From: Chiloscyllium plagiosum
Taxonomy: Eukaryota
Length of the DNA: 41,628 nt
Assembly: GCF_004010195.1 (NCBI RefSeq)
Contig: NC_057719.1
Span: forward strand, 44,925,097 to 44,966,724
Reading direction: 5' to 3'
In this document: piece after piece, positions 35,820-41,628 of the stretch
How positions within the stretch are numbered: position 1 is the first letter of the stretch
Layout of the letters: every line of letters starts with the position of its first letter
Program-made: the position numbers and the translations under genes
The notes under the pieces: generated by a model
The model's input: only the letters and a program-made list of their open reading frames with translations
Database searches by the model: none
What the model was told of the DNA's origin: nothing

Positions 35820-36430
35820 ATGATTCCAGATAGCAGTGTCCCATGTGATTGTTGCTTTTGTCCTTCGAGGTGACAAAGGCTGTAGTTTTGGAATGTGCTG
35901 TTGAAGGAACCTTGATGAGTTGTTGCATATTGTACCTTGTACACATTTCTGTATATTTTTGCCACTATGTGTTAGTGGTGGAGGGCAGAGGATGGAGTCA
36001 AGCAGGCTGCTTGGTCTGAATGGTGAAGATCTTCTTGAGTAGTGTGGGGGCTGCGAATATCGAGACAAGTATTCCCTCATATTTCTGATTTGTGCCTTGT
36101 GGACAGTCTTTAGGGAGTCAGGTGGTGAGTTACTTGCCTCAAACTCCTTGGCCTCTGATATGCTTCTAGCCACTGTATTTACATGGCTGCTCTAGCTCAG
36201 TTTCAGGTCAATGGCAACCTGCCTTTGAGCTGTTAGATCTTGTCTGAATCTTTCCCATTTCGCACAATGGTGGTTTCACATAACCAGCTTGAGGGTATCC
36301 TAATTGTGAAGATAGGACTTTGTCTCCACAAGGACCATGCAGTGTTCACTGCTATCAATACTGTCCTTGTCAGATGCATCTGTATCATTTCAGTTTGTGA
36401 AGGATAGGTGCAGTAGGTTTCTCTCTTGAT
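35820..36430 (-). mobile_element. Decayed CR1-group/L2-like LINE fragment
   Basis: Minus frame LKTVHKAQIRNMREYL (cf. TIYKAQVRSVMEY); homologous to 17630-17900. Confidence 0.65.
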
Positions 36431-38321
36431 TCTGGCTCTCATCATATTCCATTTCAAGACAGGAACTCCCCCTGACATTGTCATGGTTGATTGTTATCAT
36501 TGAGGGCATGGCTAAGAGGAAAGGTAAGTTTACACCCTGCTTCATGAACAGGGACCTGGAGATACCTTGACAGCACCCTGATTGCCTGGCTGTAACTCCT
36601 GGACTGATTTCATTTCATCTGTGGGACTGACTATGACCAAATCCCTCGCTCTGGAATTGGACAAGCTCCTTGATTTACTGGCGGTATTCCCTGCCTAACT
36701 GTAGTGGCCTTTGAATGTACCTTTGACTTTCACACATGGTCATTTGCTTGGAGCACACACAGTGTGTTTGTCACATAGACAGCTGGCACATGCTGTAGGT
36801 GTAACATTGCTGTCACACACTACTGTATGGCAACATGCTCACCCCACAGTGCAACAATCAGCCTCCCTGTCCTTCCTTGTCAAAACACAGTGTAAAACAC
36901 AGAGGCTGGCAACCTGCAAGTGAGAAAGCAATGTAAAGGAGAAAGGCTGCAGCCTCCAAATAAGTGCAAGGTGAGTGAGTGCTTGGACGGCAAACTAAGA
37001 GCCACAAGAAGCTTTTGTATCCCTGCATTCATAGTGTCTGGGCAGAAGTGTGTTTATCATAGGTGGCCCTGAGCTTCAAAGTAAAATGTCGCAGTGCTGT
37101 GGTGATGTGTGATGTGGTGAGGTTGGTGGTTTTCTGATGCTGACTCACAGGAGGATGGTGGCCATGCAGCATGTGGGAATCTTATTGTGAAGAGACGATT
37201 GGGTGCTGGCTGGGACAAGCAATGGACACCAGCAGCCACCAGGTACCCACCCGGATTTACACACTGGGAATTTGTGCTGTTCAATTTCTCAGGGAAGGGG
37301 AGGATAAAGTTGTGTATAAATAAAGTCAGGTGGAATCTTAATGACGTGCAAATACATAGAAATTAGGTAGCTACTGCTCAATAGTGTGGTTCTGAGATCG
37401 TCATTCATAACTTGAGGGAAAAATTGGAGGGTCGGAATGGACTTGATGGAGTGAATGGCCTGTTTCCACACTGTAAGGATTTATGATTCTAGGGGGTTAT
37501 ATTACCTTTCAGATAGTTAGTCTATCGTGCTCAGCAATTTCCATGTTTCATTTTCAGTTTTGGTGTAGTGTAACTTTAAGACTCCCCTGCTTATGAAGTC
37601 TTAGTCGTCTAACCAGCTGTGCATCATCAAATGTGAAGGCTAGACTGTTTGCAGGTTTACAGGCAGATGTTATATATTATGTTCCAGGTGAATCTATTTA
37701 AGCTCACTGTTCATAATAGAACACAGGTGAAACAGTAGTAGACCTCCATTATTTAAAATAAAAGAGTGAGGTGAGTTAATGACGTGCCAGTTCACATCGG
37801 CCTAAATCCTTTATCTGTTGCCAAATATTTAAAAGTTTTTAAACTAAACAGAAAGTTCAGCCTCACTACATTTCTGAAGAAGATTTCAGATAAACGTACA
37901 TGTTGCTGTCTCTAGTAAATTACTCAATGGCAAGGGATTTACAGGATCATGTCTACATGGTGACTGAACTCAAACATTTGTTGTTTTATGTGAAGATTTT
38001 GCCAATGGCTAACTTTTCTTGCTGAGCCCATTTTCCTACACCAGAACATAAAACACAACATAAAGTGAGCACAAGATTAACCATATTGATTCCTAATCTC
38101 ATGTTTCCATTTTAAATTGCTGGGCAAGAGACTCAAATTGAATGTCTTTTTTTGTCATGTCTTAATAAAATTGATCACAACTTTACACGTGCTTGCTAAC
38201 AATTCTACTTCATGATATAATTCTTTATGTACTATCTAATTCTAAGCAAAAACAAATATATTTTTCCACCAATTATTTTTGGTCCACTTCATTGAATAAT
38301 AACTGGGTTTGTTTTCATTGG

Positions 38322-38710
38322 AATGCAGGGGGTTGAGGGGTATCCGGATAGAAGTTTCTAAGATTGTGAATGGCATGGATTAAGCAGAAAGTATCAGGCA
38401 TTTTGTCAGGATGGAGGGGTCAATTACTAGAGAACACAGGTTCAAGGTGCAGGAGGGAATGTTTTAAAAGAGATGTGCAAGGCATGTATTTCACACAAAG
38501 GGAAGTAAGTACCTGGAACGTGCTGCCATAGGAGGTGATGGAAGCAGACACGATTGCAATATTCAAGAAACACCTAGAAAAATACATGAATAGGAAGGGA
38601 ATAGAGCATTGTGGATCATGTAATTGAAGACAGTTTTAGTATGGAAGGGTAAAATATGTCATGCAGGCTTGGCGGGCCGAAGGGCCTATTCCTGTGCCCT
38701 ATTGTTCTTT
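38322..38710 (+). mobile_element. CR1 3' fragment
   Basis: ggttgagggg...gatagaagtttctaag...actagagaacacaggttcaaggtg...atgaataggaaggg...gggccgaagggcctattcctgtgc. Confidence 0.8.
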
Positions 38711-38776
38711 AATACAGCATCGAAGGAGGCCACTTAGTTTATCATATCTATGCACAACTAATTGAAGAAGACCAAA

Positions 38777-39022
38777 TTAGATTAGATTACTTACAGTGTG
38801 GAAACAGGCCCTTCGGCCCAACAAGTCCACACCGACCCACTGGAGCACACCCACCCAGACTCATTCCCCTACATTTACCCCTTCACCTAACACAACGGGC
38901 AATTTAACATGGCCAATTCTCCTAACCTGCACATCCGGAGCACCCAGAGGAAACCCACACAGACACAGGGAGAATGTGCAAATTCCACACAGTCAGTCGC
39001 CTGAGGTGGGAATTGAACCGGG
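38777..39022 (-). mobile_element. V-SINE (HE1-like), internally deleted, 5'-truncated
   Basis: ttagattagattacttacagtgtggaaacaggcccttcggccc tail; partial V-domain. Confidence 0.88.
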
Positions 39023-40167
39023 TATACAGTCAGGCTAAATATTTATTTAAATTACTTAATAATCCAAAGTAGAAGAACATTAGAAAAATATTTCCATCTC
39101 TAGGGCAGTAACTGCATATTTCATAGTGAACTTTAATCATACAGAAGGAAACAAAAATGGTATTTTGAATAATGGGAGTGTCAATAATTATGAAGTTTCT
39201 CTTTCCTTACAACAAAGCTTCAAACTTGAGAAATGCAGTTATTTATCTGCTTCGATCTATATGAGGTGAGATCAGGACTTGCAGTGTCTATGTTGTCTTG
39301 TGTGAATCTACTTTTAAATGTGAGTTCCTCTCAAGTTGTTATTTTGCATGAGATGGAGCTGTGTAAACATGTAACAGGAGAACTTGAAGGTTTTCTCAAA
39401 AGTAGCAGAAATGCTTGAGGAAATTCATGTATGGGAACTTTTGAGTTCAAAACTGGCACAAGTTAATTGCACACCAGTTTCCTTGTGGCGGGGGGGGGGG
39501 GGGGAAGAATGTACAATTCTGCTTTCAGGTTGTAGTTATGCTGGAAAGCTTCCAGAAACTCTGAACCAGATTACAACTCATATCTCCATATGTAAAATAA
39601 TTAGTTTTTTTTCAAAAACTAACTCCATCAATCAATTAGAATCTTTATTTTATCATCCATAAAGATGCAAAGTATTTTCTGTTTATCTCTGTTTATTTAA
39701 ACTTTGTTTTAACCTACTTTAGGGCATCCCCAATGCCATCCCCATATCCTAGTCTAGACATTGGCTACAGGGAATGTTATTGAAGGTACTGGAAGTAATA
39801 GACTTGTTCCTGTGTCTCAACAATTTCCAAATCATTACGTTACTGGCTGCCAGGAAATTTACAATGTGAGAAGTTTCTAGATTTTCGCTCTTGGCTACTG
39901 ACCATTGCACCGATCACAACATTTCACCATGTAGGTCAACCCAAATGTGCAACAGCTTTCAAATCAATAAGTTGACTGTGTCAAATTTGACTCATCTTTA
40001 GAATTTCTTGAGGACATAATTTAATTGGAACCAGTGAATAAAGTTTATTTGATTTTCAAAAACCATTCGACATTATGGCACACAAAAGATTACTTATACA
40101 AAATTAGAACAAAAAAATCAGAATAATATATTGATGATGATAATAATAATACATGACTGTGTGGAGC

Positions 40168-40442
40168 TGACTGTCTGGAGTTTGCACATTGTCCCCGTGT
40201 CTGTATGGGTTTCCTCCGGGTGCTCCGGTATCCTCCCACAGTCCAAAGATGTGTAGATTAGGTGAATTGACCATGCTAAATTGCCCATACTGTCCAGGGA
40301 TGTGCAGGCTAAGTGGATTAGCCACGGGCAATGCTGGGTTGCAGCAATAGGGTCGGGATGGTCTGAGTGGGATACTCTTCAGAGGGTTGGTGTGGACCCG
40401 ATGTGCTGAGTGGTCGGCTTTCACACTGTAGAGATTCTGTGT
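40168..40442 (+). mobile_element. V-SINE (HE1-like), headless
   Basis: ggagtttgcacattgtccccgtgtctgtatgggtttcctccgggtgctccgg...tttcacactgtagagattct. Confidence 0.88.
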
Positions 40443-40487
40443 TATTAGCATGGAGTAAGAACAGAGTAGTAAAAATAAGACATTTTG

Positions 40488-40769
40488 AGGCAGCATGGTG
40501 GCTCAGTGGTTAGCACTGCTGCCTCACAGCACCAGGGACCCGGGTTCAATTCCCACCTCGGGCAACTGTCTGTGTGGAGTTTGCACATTCTCCTTTTGTC
40601 TGCTTGGGTTCCCTCCGGGTGCTCTGGTTTCCTCCCACAATTGAAAGATGTGCAGGTTGGGTGTATTGGCCATGCTAAATTGCCCGTAGTGTTAGGTAGA
40701 GTAGTCAGGGGTAAATGTGGGGGAATAGATCTGGGTGGGATGCTTTGGAGGGTCAGTGTGGACTTGTTG
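40488..40769 (+). mobile_element. V-SINE (HE1-like) with intact tRNA-like head, tail missing
   Basis: A box tggctcagtgg, B box ggttcaattcc, V-domain; fused directly to the following LINE fragment. Confidence 0.92.
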
Positions 40770-41122
40770 AGAAAGGCTGCCAATATCATCAAAGACCTAT
40801 CCCATCCCATCCCGGTAATGTTCTCTTCCAACCTCTTCTGTCAGGCAGAAGTTTGAACACATGCACCAGCAGGTTGAAGAACAGCTTATTCCCTGCTGTT
40901 ATTAGACTGATGAATGGGCCTCTCTAACTGTTGATCTTGTTAATGTTGACCTTGCCTTGCGCACATCCTGTGCGGTGTAACCTGTATGCCTCATTCTGTC
41001 CAAATTTTTTTTCACCCTAAGATCTGTCTCTCCTTGCTTACTATGATCTGCCTGTATTGTTCACAAACAAAGCTTTTTACTGTACTTAGGTACATGTGAC
41101 AGAAATCAAATCAAATCAATCA
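40770..41122 (+). mobile_element. Rex1/Babar-like LINE 3' end
   Basis: RKAANIIKDLSHP / HPGNVLFQPLLSGRSLNTCTSRLKNSLFPAVIRLMN*, then a 3'UTR and (aaatc)n tail. Confidence 0.8.
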
Positions 41123-41175
41123 GTCAATCCTTTGAACTTCCACCCCAACCCCCAGCTTATTAAATGCGTACCCCT

Positions 41176-41628
41176 GGGGGATCCAAGATGGCGGCGACCC
41201 AGCAAGACTCAGTCTATAGTGCTCCTCCCAAGACTTGGGTACAGTGGGTCACCCACCCCCTACCACGCCCACCAAATCATTTATAATAGTTGTGGAATTT
41301 AATTAGTTGTGTAATATTACATTTAAAAGATTTAATCCTAAGTAAAAATGACTAAAGGGAAGGGAGCCCGCAGCTCTCAGCAAGCAGGAACCCCTCCCCC
41401 ACCCTCTCCAGCTGCAGCAGAGGCGTCCACAGCCGCCCCGGGGGACTTACCAACAGTAACAAGCCTTGCAGAAATGATTTCCAAGCTGGATTCGAAGATC
41501 GATGCCTTTATCGTCGAATCCAGGAACCGTTGGGAGTCACTGTCGGCCGCGCTGAAGAAGCACGACCGTGAAATTGATGAAATTCAACGCCGAGTCGGAG
41601 GGGCGGAGCTAAAGGCCACGACCTCCGA
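41176..41628 (+). mobile_element. 5' end of an L1-clade LINE (5'UTR + ORF1 start), probably full length
   Basis: Starts GGGGGATCCAAGATGGCGGC (G-run + YY1 motif, as at vertebrate L1 5' ends), preceded by a TT|AAA endonuclease-type site; CpG-rich; ORF open to the window end. Confidence 0.85.
41348..41628 (+). CDS. L1 ORF1p N-terminus and coiled coil (partial; not in the ORF track because no stop falls inside the window)
   Basis: MTKGKGARSSQQAGTPPPPSPAAAEASTAAPGDLPTVTSLAEMISKLDSKIDAFIVESRNRWESLSAALKKHDREIDEIQRRVGGAELKATTS...; basic N-terminus then heptad repeats, no stops. Confidence 0.75.
   Translation, partial: MTKGKGARSSQQAGTPPPPSPAAAEASTAAPGDLPTVTSLAEMISKLDSKIDAFIVESRNRWESLSAALKKHDREIDEIQRRVGGAELKATTS

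Noticed and set aside
39490..39504. Poly-G run and nearby (TGA/TAA)n at 40132-40150 as functional elements
   Set aside because: Ordinary simple repeats with no supporting context.
40488..40565. tRNA gene
   Set aside because: The A and B boxes belong to the tRNA-derived head of a V-SINE; there is no proper cloverleaf end or terminator, and the V-domain follows.
12100..41170. Exons of the expected syntenic neighbour gng2 or another host gene
   Set aside because: No G-protein gamma-like or other host peptide was seen in the ORF track or by reading; the recognisable ORFs here are transposon relics. Short or non-coding exons cannot be excluded.

Overview
Eukaryotic, repeat-rich genomic DNA from a cartilaginous fish. 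The HE1/V-SINE, CR1 and Penelope repeat repertoire points to a shark, probably a carpet/bamboo shark; this assignment is an inference. The only host gene I can support is the 3' end of frmd6 (Willin) on the + strand: a 92-nt penultimate coding exon (6134-6225), the last coding exon (10043-10330, ending ...VPEFVV*) and a ~1.75-kb 3'UTR with three miR-200b/c/429 8mer sites and AATAAA at 12081. The rest is intronic or intergenic DNA packed with retroelement and DNA-transposon relics: Penelope-like elements (PLEs), CR1, L2, Tx1/L1, Rex1/Babar, V-SINEs, a second tRNA-SINE family and Harbinger. The 5' end of an apparently young full-length L1 lies at the right edge. The most notable observations are: (i) a ~2.5-kb inversion (21777-24257) that reciprocally splits two old transposon relics and carries a ~557-bp inverted duplication plus 89-bp and 40-bp microhomology-joined templated inserts; (ii) minimal hammerhead-ribozyme motifs with covarying stems in at least three PLE terminal-repeat families; (iii) a recurrent outward-facing inverted PLE architecture that mimics MITEs; (iv) a PLE end that has captured 27 bp of its own target site. 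No prokaryotic features or CRISPR arrays are present, and I found no evidence of a wholly new gene system. Family and gene identifications come from recalled motifs, not database searches. Repeat boundaries are approximate unless a TSD or junction is given.
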